Shown in pieces: positions 55,021-64,000 of a stretch of DNA of 64,000 nt. The notes beneath the pieces were generated by a model. That model worked only from the letters and a program-made list of their open reading frames with translations. It ran no database searches and was not told where the DNA came from. Both the position numbers and the translations under genes were made by a program. This stretch comes from an uncultured bacterium. Lineage in GTDB: Bacteria > Cloacimonadota > Cloacimonadia > Cloacimonadales > TCS61. Every line of letters starts with the position of its first letter. Positions within the stretch are counted from its first letter, which is position 1. The DNA is taken from the NCBI GenBank assembly GCA_965370415.1, contig CBDUTJ010000002.1:40477-104476 (forward strand), given 5' to 3'.

Positions 55021-56097
55021 ATGCATATAATCTATTCTTGCCTGAGTGTTTTTATACTTGCCATCCTATCAGTTTATAGCATTACTCCGCTCATAATTCA
55101 ATTAGCAAATAAGACCAACTTCATGGATAACCCCGGAGCAAGGAAAATCCATAAGAAAGCAACACCACTACTGGGAGGACTGGCTGTCTTTATTGGTTTT
55201 CTTATTTTGACCTTATACATAATTTTTATGAATTTGCACTCCTTTAATCTTCCTATCTTAGGTTATCTGGCTGGTGCTTCTATTATAGTAGTAGTAGGAA
55301 TAATTGATGACAGATATGGTATGAATCCTTTATTAAAATTAATCGGACAGGCTTTATCTTGTTTTATTTTCTTATACACGAATAACTTGTTATACATTTT
55401 TGGACCTATCTATATAACCCTTCCCTTGCTTTTTCTATGGATGGTAGGGCTTATGAACGCTTTAAATTTCCTGGATAATATGGATGGTATTATAACGGGA
55501 ATGTCTGGAATTTTAGCATTAGGATTCTACGCTTTTAGTTTTATCAGCAAAACCAATACTCTGGCTCCACAGGCAAATTTTATGTCACTTATGGCATTGA
55601 GTTTTGCTGGTGCAGCTTTTGGTTTTCTACCCTACAATTTCAATCCAGCTCGGATATTTCTGGGAGATGCAGGCAGCATGTTTATAGGATATTTCCTGTC
55701 TTCGATGGGCATTCTTGCTGGTCGATTGGCAGTTATCAAAATGCACAACAACCTTTATTATCTTCTTCCTGTACTGTTGCTAAGCTATGCTATCTTTGAC
55801 ATTTCGCTGGTAAGTTTCACCAGGAAACGAGATGGAAGAAAAATCAGCCAGGGAGGAAAGGATCATTCTACACATCGTATAGATACTGCCATGCAATCAC
55901 CTATTATTACAGCGCTGATTGTATACTTAATTAACATTGTAATAGTACTCGTTACAATCCTGGTTTTTAAAACGGGATCGGACAAAGTTCTAATAATTTC
56001 TACTGCTCTTTTTGCTTTAATATTCCTTTTCTTTGGAAAAAAATTAGACCAGATACCCATTATTATCCCCGAAAACCAAACAAAAGAAAGCCTATAA
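55021..56097 (+). CDS. Glycosyltransferase family 4 (MraY/WecA-like undecaprenyl-phosphate sugar-phosphate transferase)
   Basis: DNPGARKIHKK..PLLGG, NALNFLDNMDG and FLGDAGSMFIG, with about 10 TM segments. ATG 55021 is preferred over the track start at 54979. Confidence 0.85.
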   Translation: MHIIYSCLSVFILAILSVYSITPLIIQLANKTNFMDNPGARKIHKKATPLLGGLAVFIGFLILTLYIIFMNLHSFNLPILGYLAGASIIVVVGIIDDRYGMNPLLKLIGQALSCFIFLYTNNLLYIFGPIYITLPLLFLWMVGLMNALNFLDNMDGIITGMSGILALGFYAFSFISKTNTLAPQANFMSLMALSFAGAAFGFLPYNFNPARIFLGDAGSMFIGYFLSSMGILAGRLAVIKMHNNLYYLLPVLLLSYAIFDISLVSFTRKRDGRKISQGGKDHSTHRIDTAMQSPIITALIVYLINIVIVLVTILVFKTGSDKVLIISTALFALIFLFFGKKLDQIPIIIPENQTKESL

Positions 56098-56109
56098 AAA
56101 AGAGGCAAG

Positions 56110-57531
56110 TTGAATTTAAGAATTTATAGAAAGGTACTTTTTCAGATATCAGCTTTGATTTTTTTGATAATCCTTCTGGGATGTTCAATGAATGAAAAAT
56201 ATAATACTGCTTACAGATTATATATGAAAAGCAACTATGTTGTTGCTATTAAATTTTACGATGACTATTTACAAATATCTCCCAATGGCGCTTTGGCCAC
56301 AAAAGCAGAGCTGGAACGATCCGATTGTTATTACCAACTGGGTTACCAGGCATTTCACAAAGAAAACTGGCTTCTTGCTTCCAGGTTATTTTATCTGGCA
56401 AATTCGATAATAGCTGACGATAAACTGGATAATTGTTATCATAAACTGTCAGAAGAAAGCTTGAATATCGATGATATTAATACTGCTTTATATTATTATG
56501 ATTTTATTACAACCTACATGGCTGATTCCGAGTTGATACCAGAAATTTTATTTAATAGAATTAAGATATATATAGACTCCGATAAAAAGCTCGAAGCATT
56601 CAACGATTATCATTTGCTCTGGAGTAATTATCCCGAGAACAAATTTACCATCAGTATCCAACCATTGATAGACAACCTGATTCCCTATTACATGAACCAG
56701 GCGGTTGAGTTTAGAAGAAACACTGATTATGACAATGCTCTGGATATTCTTTTTAAACTCAACCAATATCCTACACAATTCAAAGATGAAATACTAATTG
56801 GAATAGGCGACCTTTATTTATTGAAGGCAGAGAGTTCTATTTCTAACAATAATTACAAACAGGCAAAGGAATTTTATTCAGAAGTGCTTGTATACGTTCC
56901 ACAGAAAGAAACTATAATTAATAAGAGAATGGACGAGATCTGTAATGAATTCCTTCAGGAAGGAAGCAGGCTTCTGGAAAATTATAAATTTGATGAAGCA
57001 ATTTCTGTCTTTGAAACATGTTACCAATTATTGCCTGAATATCGGAAATCAACAGATGCAATAGAAGAAGCAAGAAAGTTGAAACAAAGTTTTGCATTAG
57101 CATTCCAATATAAAAATAAAGCCGAAGCTTATGAAAACGATAAAGAATATGTTAAAGCTCTGAAATTTTATCGCAAATCGTATTCCTCTATGCAGATGAA
57201 AGAAGTTCAAAACAAGATCTACATGATGAGCAACACCATAAATGCTCAGAAAGATCCCAAAGAATTTGCGCTTGGCATAATTCAAAGTTTTAAAAAGGGC
57301 ATTATTATACAAGGTGTGAATGGTTTACAATCGGATTTGATAGATAAATATGGCGAGAACGTAAAATCATCCGGTTGGAAAGTATCCTATGCATTTGGAG
57401 AGTATAAATACGAAGTCAGATTTGACATATTAGCACCGGAAGAAAATTATTACTTCGTATGGAGAGTAAATCTACAAACCCGGAAGATCGTTCCTTTGAA
57501 TAAAATATCCGAGGAATTGCTTAAACAATGA
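56110..57531 (+). CDS. TPR-like lipoprotein
   Basis: Lipobox LLGCSMN, helical-repeat composition, TTG start. Confidence 0.55.
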   Translation: MNLRIYRKVLFQISALIFLIILLGCSMNEKYNTAYRLYMKSNYVVAIKFYDDYLQISPNGALATKAELERSDCYYQLGYQAFHKENWLLASRLFYLANSIIADDKLDNCYHKLSEESLNIDDINTALYYYDFITTYMADSELIPEILFNRIKIYIDSDKKLEAFNDYHLLWSNYPENKFTISIQPLIDNLIPYYMNQAVEFRRNTDYDNALDILFKLNQYPTQFKDEILIGIGDLYLLKAESSISNNNYKQAKEFYSEVLVYVPQKETIINKRMDEICNEFLQEGSRLLENYKFDEAISVFETCYQLLPEYRKSTDAIEEARKLKQSFALAFQYKNKAEAYENDKEYVKALKFYRKSYSSMQMKEVQNKIYMMSNTINAQKDPKEFALGIIQSFKKGIIIQGVNGLQSDLIDKYGENVKSSGWKVSYAFGEYKYEVRFDILAPEENYYFVWRVNLQTRKIVPLNKISEELLKQ

Positions 57532-58109
57532 AAAAGCAGAATATTACTTTGATAATTCTTCTTTCTTTATGTTGGCTTTCTGCTGAAGAATTTGATATAA
57601 AAAAATTCTCCGATCCCGATAAATACGGATGGGGTACCACGCAAAAATTCTATGAAGCTCGAACTGAACTCTACAACCGACAGAAACTACTTCAGATCTA
57701 TGAAATGAACAAACAGGTGATAACAAAGAACATCTTTAAATCTGCTATTGCTCCGGGATGGGGACATTTTTCCGCACAACAAAATACCAAAGGTACAATT
57801 TTGCTTGGTATCGAGATAGTACTTTTGGGTACAAGCTATTTTTTTTATGATCAGGCAATGTACAATTACGATAAATATAAGAAATCTACTTATATTGGCG
57901 ATATAAATCAGTATTATCAAGATGCCAAAGATCCTTATACTTATTCCCAGATATTCCTGGGATTGGGAATTGCAGTCTGGCTATATACGATTTATGATTC
58001 CATTGTCGCTTCAGAGGAATACAATAAAAAAATGTGGGATGATTTGCTGCAGAAATATCATCAGCAGAAATTACAGGTAACTCCTGCCGGAATTTCATTG
58101 AGGTTCTAA
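57528..58109 (+). CDS. Hypothetical membrane protein
   Basis: Signal peptide plus two TM segments. Start and stop overlap the neighbouring genes. Confidence 0.5.
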   Translation: MKKQNITLIILLSLCWLSAEEFDIKKFSDPDKYGWGTTQKFYEARTELYNRQKLLQIYEMNKQVITKNIFKSAIAPGWGHFSAQQNTKGTILLGIEIVLLGTSYFFYDQAMYNYDKYKKSTYIGDINQYYQDAKDPYTYSQIFLGLGIAVWLYTIYDSIVASEEYNKKMWDDLLQKYHQQKLQVTPAGISLRF

Positions 58110-58510
58110 TGTTCAAGATAACTATTGTTATAATATTATCGCTACTTCTTATTTCCTGTTCCTTAGAAAGGAATAATCCGCTCGATCCTTTAAGTAGTGG
58201 CGTTCAAGCACCAAACAAAGTTACAGGAATAAATATCTCTATTACTGAAGAAGACAATGTTGAAATTCAATGGGATGCTATAAACCCGGACTATATAGAT
58301 GGTTATTTTATTTATAGATCTCAAGCTTACGATGGCCTATATTCACAACTTGAAGATTATCACACTTCTCCAACCGACAGTTTATTTGAAGATCATGATG
58401 TTGTAAATATTCCTGAAAATCGCTATTATTACAAGATGTCTGCCTATAAGATAGTTGAAAATAAAAAACTGGAAGGTTACCGCTCTGAACCCAGAAGCTG
58501 GGGTTCTTAA
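58109..58510 (+). CDS. Small lipoprotein with FN3-like domain
   Basis: Lipobox LLISCSL. FN3-like VEIQWDAI..GYFIYRSQ..RYYYKMSAY. Confidence 0.55.
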   Translation: MFKITIVIILSLLLISCSLERNNPLDPLSSGVQAPNKVTGINISITEEDNVEIQWDAINPDYIDGYFIYRSQAYDGLYSQLEDYHTSPTDSLFEDHDVVNIPENRYYYKMSAYKIVENKKLEGYRSEPRSWGS

Positions 58511-58520
58511 CTATTAATAT

Positions 58521-60683
58521 ATGAACCTGCAGAAAGAACTCAATCCACAACAATATAAAGTTGTTACCACCACAGAAGGTCCGGTTCTTGTATTAGCAGG
58601 TGCCGGTAGCGGCAAAACACGTTCTGTTATCTATCGTACAGCTTACCTGATAAACAAAAAGAGGGTAAATCCATGGAACATTTTGGTAGTAACCTTCACC
58701 AATAAAGCCGCCAGAGAGCTGAAAGACCGTCTTGAAAATACATTTGGCATCTCTGCACGATCTTTGTGGATAGGAACGTTCCATTCCGTTTGTACCCGTA
58801 TTCTTAGATATGAAGAGAAGTCTCTTCCTTTTAATTCCAACTTCTCTATCTATGATGAACCAGATCAGAAATCCGTTATCAAGAAAATCTATAAAAAAAT
58901 TGATATCGATCCAAAGAAATTCCCCCCGGGAAAAGTGCGGGAAATTATCAGCCGCCAGAAGAACTCACTTATTTTACCGAAAGATTTCTTTGATTTCAAC
59001 GAAACAAATTACTTCTCTGAAACAGTATATAAATTATATAAAGCTTACCAGGATTTCCTGTCTGCCAATAATGCCCTGGATTTTGATGACCTGCTGATGT
59101 ACACTGCTATCCTTTTTCATGAAAATGAAAAAATTCGCAAAAAATACGAAAAGAAATTTCACTATGTAATGATAGACGAATACCAGGATACTAATTATGC
59201 TCAATTCAAGATCATCAATCTTATTGCGAAAAATCATCAGAATCTTTGCGTGGTAGGAGATGATGATCAGGCAATATATAGTTGGCGTGGTGCGGATATC
59301 AGGAATATTCTCAGTTTTGAAGCCGACTATAAAAACGTAGTTAAGATCAAATTGGAACAGAACTACCGTTCTCCCAAATCATTCCTCGATGCTGCAAATA
59401 GTTTGATCCGAAACAATTCAGAACGGCATGAGAAGGTTTTGTGGACCGATATTTCTTCGCCGGAAAAACCGGAACTTGTTAAATTGGAAAATGAGAATAA
59501 AGAGGCTGAATATGTTGCACAAGAGATTTCAAAATTGCAATCTCTGGGAAAAAACTTAAATGAATGTGTAGTTCTCTACCGCACAAATGCCCAGTCACGC
59601 GTATTCGAGAATGCTTTTTCTCTACAAAAGATAAGATACCAGATCGTTGGTGGTGTTAACTTCTACCAGCGAAAAGAGGTTAAAGACATCCTGGCTTATC
59701 TCAAAGTGCTGGTCAATCCCAAAGATGAAGAGAGCTTTCTTCGTATAATCAATGTCCCTTCTCGAGGTATCGGCAAGATGACCATCGATAAGATCAGTGC
59801 TTTCAAATTGGAAAACAACTACACATATTTCGATGCCATTCAGAAAAAAAATCCCTACCTCTCAGGGAAACAGGAAAGTTCAATCGCAGAGCTTGTTTCC
59901 AAACTGAAGAAATGGAAAGCAGATTCTGAAAAGATACCTGTTACTATTTTAACAAAGAACATAATTAAAGAATTTGACTTTATAGATTTTTACGAAAAAA
60001 GTAGAGATCCAAAAGATATTTCACGTTCCGAGAACATCAGAGAGTTCATAGCAGCAATCGAAGAGTTTTCGGAAAACTATGAGAACGAAACGGGAGAACA
60101 ACCTGTTCTAATTGATTTCCTGCAGCAGATCTCTCTGCAAACCGATCTTGATAATGTGGACGAAGATGAAGAAGCAGTTAAGCTGATGACCATGCACAAT
60201 GCAAAAGGGCTTGAATTTGATAATGTATATATTGTGGGAGTGGAAGATGGTTTGCTTCCTCATTCCAGATCGGTGGATACATTGCACAATCTGGAAGAAG
60301 AACGCAGGCTTTTATACGTGGCTATTACCCGCGCAAAAAAATCTGTGAAACTTTGTTATACCAAGCACCGCAGGTATTTCGATACTGTGCTAACTTCTCT
60401 TCCAAGCCGATTCCTGCTGGAGATAGATGAACAGTATATTAAGAAAGAAAATAATACTTTCATAGAATCCCAGGCACCTCGAACCAAAACCGGAAAATAC
60501 CAGAAAAGTATAGTACTGGAATCACAAAAATATTTTAATATTGGACAGAAAATAATACATGATAAATTTGGTGAAGGTGTGATCTTGGATGTTAGTGGAT
60601 CGGCAAATGATGCAAAATTGACGATCTCTTTTTCAAATGGTAAATTGAAAAAGATCATCGGAACTTTTGTAAAAACGATATAA
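58521..60683 (+). CDS. pcrA: ATP-dependent DNA helicase PcrA/UvrD
   Basis: LNPQQYKVV..VLAGAGSGKTRS, DEYQDTN, VTRAKK-like ITRAKKS and a C-terminal Tudor-like tail. Confidence 0.92.
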   Translation: MNLQKELNPQQYKVVTTTEGPVLVLAGAGSGKTRSVIYRTAYLINKKRVNPWNILVVTFTNKAARELKDRLENTFGISARSLWIGTFHSVCTRILRYEEKSLPFNSNFSIYDEPDQKSVIKKIYKKIDIDPKKFPPGKVREIISRQKNSLILPKDFFDFNETNYFSETVYKLYKAYQDFLSANNALDFDDLLMYTAILFHENEKIRKKYEKKFHYVMIDEYQDTNYAQFKIINLIAKNHQNLCVVGDDDQAIYSWRGADIRNILSFEADYKNVVKIKLEQNYRSPKSFLDAANSLIRNNSERHEKVLWTDISSPEKPELVKLENENKEAEYVAQEISKLQSLGKNLNECVVLYRTNAQSRVFENAFSLQKIRYQIVGGVNFYQRKEVKDILAYLKVLVNPKDEESFLRIINVPSRGIGKMTIDKISAFKLENNYTYFDAIQKKNPYLSGKQESSIAELVSKLKKWKADSEKIPVTILTKNIIKEFDFIDFYEKSRDPKDISRSENIREFIAAIEEFSENYENETGEQPVLIDFLQQISLQTDLDNVDEDEEAVKLMTMHNAKGLEFDNVYIVGVEDGLLPHSRSVDTLHNLEEERRLLYVAITRAKKSVKLCYTKHRRYFDTVLTSLPSRFLLEIDEQYIKKENNTFIESQAPRTKTGKYQKSIVLESQKYFNIGQKIIHDKFGEGVILDVSGSANDAKLTISFSNGKLKKIIGTFVKTI

Positions 60684-60703
60684 AAAAATAAATAGATAGA
60701 GAT

Positions 60704-61645
60704 ATGAAAAAATATATATTATTAGTTATTGTTCTACTGGCTGTTAATCTTTCTGCCACTAAATATGCCGGAGAGATTTTCAGGATGGGAGCAGGAGTAC
60801 GCAACTATGCCCTGGGTGGATGTGGCGTTTCCGATGAATATTCTTTTGCTCTTGCTTATTGGAATGCAGCGCTTCTATCCCGGATAGATGAGAACAAGTT
60901 TGAACTGATGCATGCTGAAGAATATTCCGGGCTACTTACCTACGATATGGCTTCTGCTATCTGGGGAATAGAGAATAAATTTTCAGTGGTAATCACACGT
61001 ATAGGTATCGATGATATTCCGCTTACGAAACTTGAAGATCCTGCCGATTCTCTCTCTTATGCAAATCGCCCCTATAAATATAAATCAGTAAATAACTCCG
61101 ATATTGTAATTTATTTTGGTTTGTCCCGAAAGATCGGAAAATATGCAATTGGCATCACACCCAAATTTGCCTATCGGTCTCTTGCCGAAGAAAGCGGATA
61201 CGGGTTTGGTGCAGATATTTCCACTTTCCTGGAATTAAACAGAAATTTATTCCTTGGTTTGAAGATACGTGATTTTTTCTCGACGCAAATACTTTGGGCA
61301 AATGGAACACACGAAATCGTAAATCCCGGATTTGATGCTGAGTTCAATTATAAGTTTATTTTCCCTGTCTTAAAAAGAAACTCCCGATTCTTCGCAGGAA
61401 CAGAATTCTATACCGAGAGCAGGGATACAGCCTCTCAATTTGCTCTGGGATTCCTTAGTATGGACTACCATCTCGGCTGTGAAATAAACATGCATAAAGC
61501 TGTCGATCTCTACATTGGATATGATGTTACAAATTTCACCGGTGGGCTTTCCATTAATCATCGCAATTGGAAGATAAACTATTCCTTTGAGCAGAATTCT
61601 GAACTGGAAAATTCACACCGGGTCTCTATCGGTTATAAAATATGA
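60704..61645 (+). CDS. Second PorV/PorQ-family outer-membrane beta-barrel protein
   Basis: Signal peptide, then GEIFRMGAGVRNYALGGCGVS (compare 33914 GDFMVIGAGVRSSGMGGAFSA). Beta-barrel-like end IGYKI. Confidence 0.55.
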   Translation: MKKYILLVIVLLAVNLSATKYAGEIFRMGAGVRNYALGGCGVSDEYSFALAYWNAALLSRIDENKFELMHAEEYSGLLTYDMASAIWGIENKFSVVITRIGIDDIPLTKLEDPADSLSYANRPYKYKSVNNSDIVIYFGLSRKIGKYAIGITPKFAYRSLAEESGYGFGADISTFLELNRNLFLGLKIRDFFSTQILWANGTHEIVNPGFDAEFNYKFIFPVLKRNSRFFAGTEFYTESRDTASQFALGFLSMDYHLGCEINMHKAVDLYIGYDVTNFTGGLSINHRNWKINYSFEQNSELENSHRVSIGYKI

Positions 61646-62793
61646 AGAAAATAGCTGTTCTGGGTATTACCGGTTCGATCGGTCTTTCCACCGTTGAAGT
61701 AATAAAAAAACATCCTGACGAATTCAAGATCGTTCTGGCATCTTCCAATAATAACTACCAGAAGCTTTTTGCGCTTGCAACAGAATTTAATATTCCTCAG
61801 GTTGTAATTACAAATCAAGATTTGAAAAATAGAATATCTGAATTTCCCGTCAATATTGAAGTGTTTTTTGGAGAAGATAAACTACAGAATATATTGGAAA
61901 CAATAGACTGCGATATCGTATTGAATGCTATTTCCGGTTCAGCAGGACTGCGTTCTTCATTAACTGTTATATCCCGTGGATTAGATCTGGCACTAGCCAA
62001 CAAAGAATCGCTGGTTATGGCTGGGCATCTTATTTCGGATCTATTACAAAACTCTACTGCCAGATTGATCCCAGTGGACAGTGAACACAGCGCTATTTTA
62101 CAGGCTCTGGGCTGCTCAACAATTGAAGAGGTAAGATCAATAATTCTCACAGCTTCAGGTGGACCATTCAGAGAACTTCCTCTGGAAGAATTTAAAAATA
62201 TTACCATTAAAGACACACTAAAACATCCCACCTGGGATATGGGCCCAAAGGTAACCATAGATTCTGCTACAATGATGAACAAGGGATTGGAAATTATCGA
62301 AGCACACTGGCTTTTTAAAAAACCCTATTCCCAGATAAAAACTGTGATCCATCCACAATCCATAATCCACTCTTTTGTAGAATTTGCAGATGGTTCTATC
62401 ATTGACCAGATGAGTTTTCCCAATATGCAGATACCTATACTTTTTGCTCTTTCCTATCCGCGTCATATCGAATCTTCAATTCCCAAAACAAACATTCTCG
62501 ATCTTCCCTCACTTACTTTCTTTGAAGTTGAAAAGAAACGTTATCCTCTCTTTTTCCTAGCTTGTGATGTAGGCAAAACGGGCGGAATTCTGCCTACTGC
62601 AATGAACGCAGCCAACGAAGCTGCTATCGATCTTTTCCTGAATGAGAAAATTAAATTTACTGATATCTATAAAATTATCGAAAAAGCTGTTCAAAACTTT
62701 GCTAATGTGCAAGATCCCGGCATGGACGAGATCATTGCTACTAACAAAGAGATCTATAAAAAGATTAAACAGGATTTTAAGAAAATAATATAA
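61642..62793 (+). CDS. dxr: 1-deoxy-D-xylulose 5-phosphate reductoisomerase
   Basis: KKIAVLGITGSIGLST, LANKESLV and IPVDSEHSAI. Confidence 0.95.
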   Translation: MKKIAVLGITGSIGLSTVEVIKKHPDEFKIVLASSNNNYQKLFALATEFNIPQVVITNQDLKNRISEFPVNIEVFFGEDKLQNILETIDCDIVLNAISGSAGLRSSLTVISRGLDLALANKESLVMAGHLISDLLQNSTARLIPVDSEHSAILQALGCSTIEEVRSIILTASGGPFRELPLEEFKNITIKDTLKHPTWDMGPKVTIDSATMMNKGLEIIEAHWLFKKPYSQIKTVIHPQSIIHSFVEFADGSIIDQMSFPNMQIPILFALSYPRHIESSIPKTNILDLPSLTFFEVEKKRYPLFFLACDVGKTGGILPTAMNAANEAAIDLFLNEKIKFTDIYKIIEKAVQNFANVQDPGMDEIIATNKEIYKKIKQDFKKII

Positions 62794-62854
62794 ATTAATT
62801 CAGCATCAGAGAAGAAAACAAGAAATCACTATAACTATATCTACAGGGTGAAGA

Positions 62855-64000
62855 ATGAAGAAAAAGCAATTAGCTCCACTGGTGATTCCTGCCTTATTAT
62901 GGGCTGTTGGAATAATGATCGGGAAGTATTGCCACGTTCCTATACCTGTAGCAATTTGGGGCTTCATCTTTGTTTTCCTTCTTTGTTTCATCAAGAAGCT
63001 ACGTCTATATTCTTTGCTTATTTCCATTGTATTTCTGGCTGTTATTCGCTTGAATTTTCAGATCATGCCACCATCGGACCACATCAGCTCAATCATTAAT
63101 AACTATCCGCACATAATTCAACCTGTAAAAGGCAAGATCGTTTCGGAAGTTATTAAGAAGAAATACAACTACAGTTTTACATTGGAATTGATCGAGATCG
63201 ACCAGAGAGCTGTGCGCGGCAGGATAAAATTCTATGCCGGGAAAGATAGTCTACGTTATGGTGATATTATTGAAACCGTTGCCGAGATCGCAGCAATTCC
63301 TAAAAGCTCCAACCCTGTTACTTTTAATTACGAAGAATACCTTGCTGCCAAAGGAATATTCGCACAGGGTTATGCAAAAACCATGGTTACAATACTGGAA
63401 AATAAAAGGGAACCTCTTAAAAGAATAAGCATCGAGATCAGGAAATTCATCAGGGACAGGATAGATAAACGTTTTAAAAAATATACCGGATTTATCAAAG
63501 CAATTATAATTGCCGATAAAAGTGAACTTGATGAGAAAAGAAATATTTTGAACAAAGCAGGTTTAAGTCACCTGCTGGCAGTTAGCGGTTTGCATGTGGG
63601 AATTTTATCACTTATCTTTTTTGCACTACTGAATATATTTATTCCTCACCGGAACATTTCCAGAATCATCCTGATGATCCTTCTTGTAATGTATGGAGAA
63701 ATATGTCTCTGGTCTCCTTCGGTTTCCCGTGCTGTTCTAATGATAAATTTGTACCTGCTTTCCTGCATGATACAAAGAAAAACCATTCCCAATAACATCC
63801 TTGCTACCAGCTTCATCATCATTACTGCTATCAATCCATTACAACTTTTTTCTATCGGTTTGCAGATGTCTTTTGTAGCCGTTATCGTATTACTGAACAT
63901 TCTACCGGGAATAAGATTATTAAAACTGAAACGAGATGAACTCGAACTGCTTTCAAATACAAAAAAGATACTGAACGGGATATTAACCTTGATGTTTTCA
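62855..64000 (+). CDS. comEC: ComEC/Rec2 competence membrane protein, 3' end outside the window
   Basis: Not in the ORF track because no stop is reached. My own translation from ATG 62855 gives MKKKQLAPLVIPALLWAVG..., and later AGLSHLLAVSGLHVGIL. The frame is open to base 64000. Confidence 0.8.
   Translation, partial: MKKKQLAPLVIPALLWAVGIMIGKYCHVPIPVAIWGFIFVFLLCFIKKLRLYSLLISIVFLAVIRLNFQIMPPSDHISSIINNYPHIIQPVKGKIVSEVIKKKYNYSFTLELIEIDQRAVRGRIKFYAGKDSLRYGDIIETVAEIAAIPKSSNPVTFNYEEYLAAKGIFAQGYAKTMVTILENKREPLKRISIEIRKFIRDRIDKRFKKYTGFIKAIIIADKSELDEKRNILNKAGLSHLLAVSGLHVGILSLIFFALLNIFIPHRNISRIILMILLVMYGEICLWSPSVSRAVLMINLYLLSCMIQRKTIPNNILATSFIIITAINPLQLFSIGLQMSFVAVIVLLNILPGIRLLKLKRDELELLSNTKKILNGILTLMFS

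Noticed and set aside
61815-62282. 155-aa antisense ORF inside dxr
   Set aside because: dxr motifs are unambiguous on the plus strand, so this is a shadow ORF.

Overview
AT-rich bacterial chromosomal window using the standard genetic code; TGA, TAA and TAG all terminate clearly conserved housekeeping genes. Gene content suggests an uncultivated FCB-superphylum lineage, possibly Cloacimonadota-like: a PorU/PorV-type T9SS pair, a T9SS-type C-terminal sorting domain, and many PbH1 beta-helix surface proteins. This taxonomic call is inference only. The window has two contrasting parts. (1) Bases 1-22,990 are an accessory surface-protein region. It holds four paralogous PKD / beta-helix / FN3 genes, one interrupted by a TGA at a conserved Trp codon and one 5'-truncated. 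It also holds a 2381-aa S8 protease-adhesin and a tandem-cyclase STAND/TPR protein. Between these genes lie four GC-rich arrays of short perfect hairpins built from shared sequence modules in different orders. A conserved ~110-nt TTGACA + hairpin + mini-ORF leader precedes two paralogs, and a partial copy of its distal half precedes the S8 gene. I could not assign the hairpin arrays or the leader to any named family; they are the most interesting signal here. (2) Bases 22,990-64,000 are a conserved, mostly co-directional housekeeping block. It contains kdsB, mnmG, proS, a porU/porV-like pair with Wza/Wzc-like genes, ispE, spoVG, prs, rplY, pth, rpsF-ssb-rpsR-rplI and rpe. It continues with ffh-rpsP-KH-rimM-trmD-rplS, two PAS histidine kinases, smpB, an envelope operon, pcrA, dxr and comEC. 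No rRNA, tRNA, CRISPR array, IS element or phage gene was recognised. All motif and hairpin coordinates were counted by hand and no alignments, folds or database searches were run, so identities are by eye.
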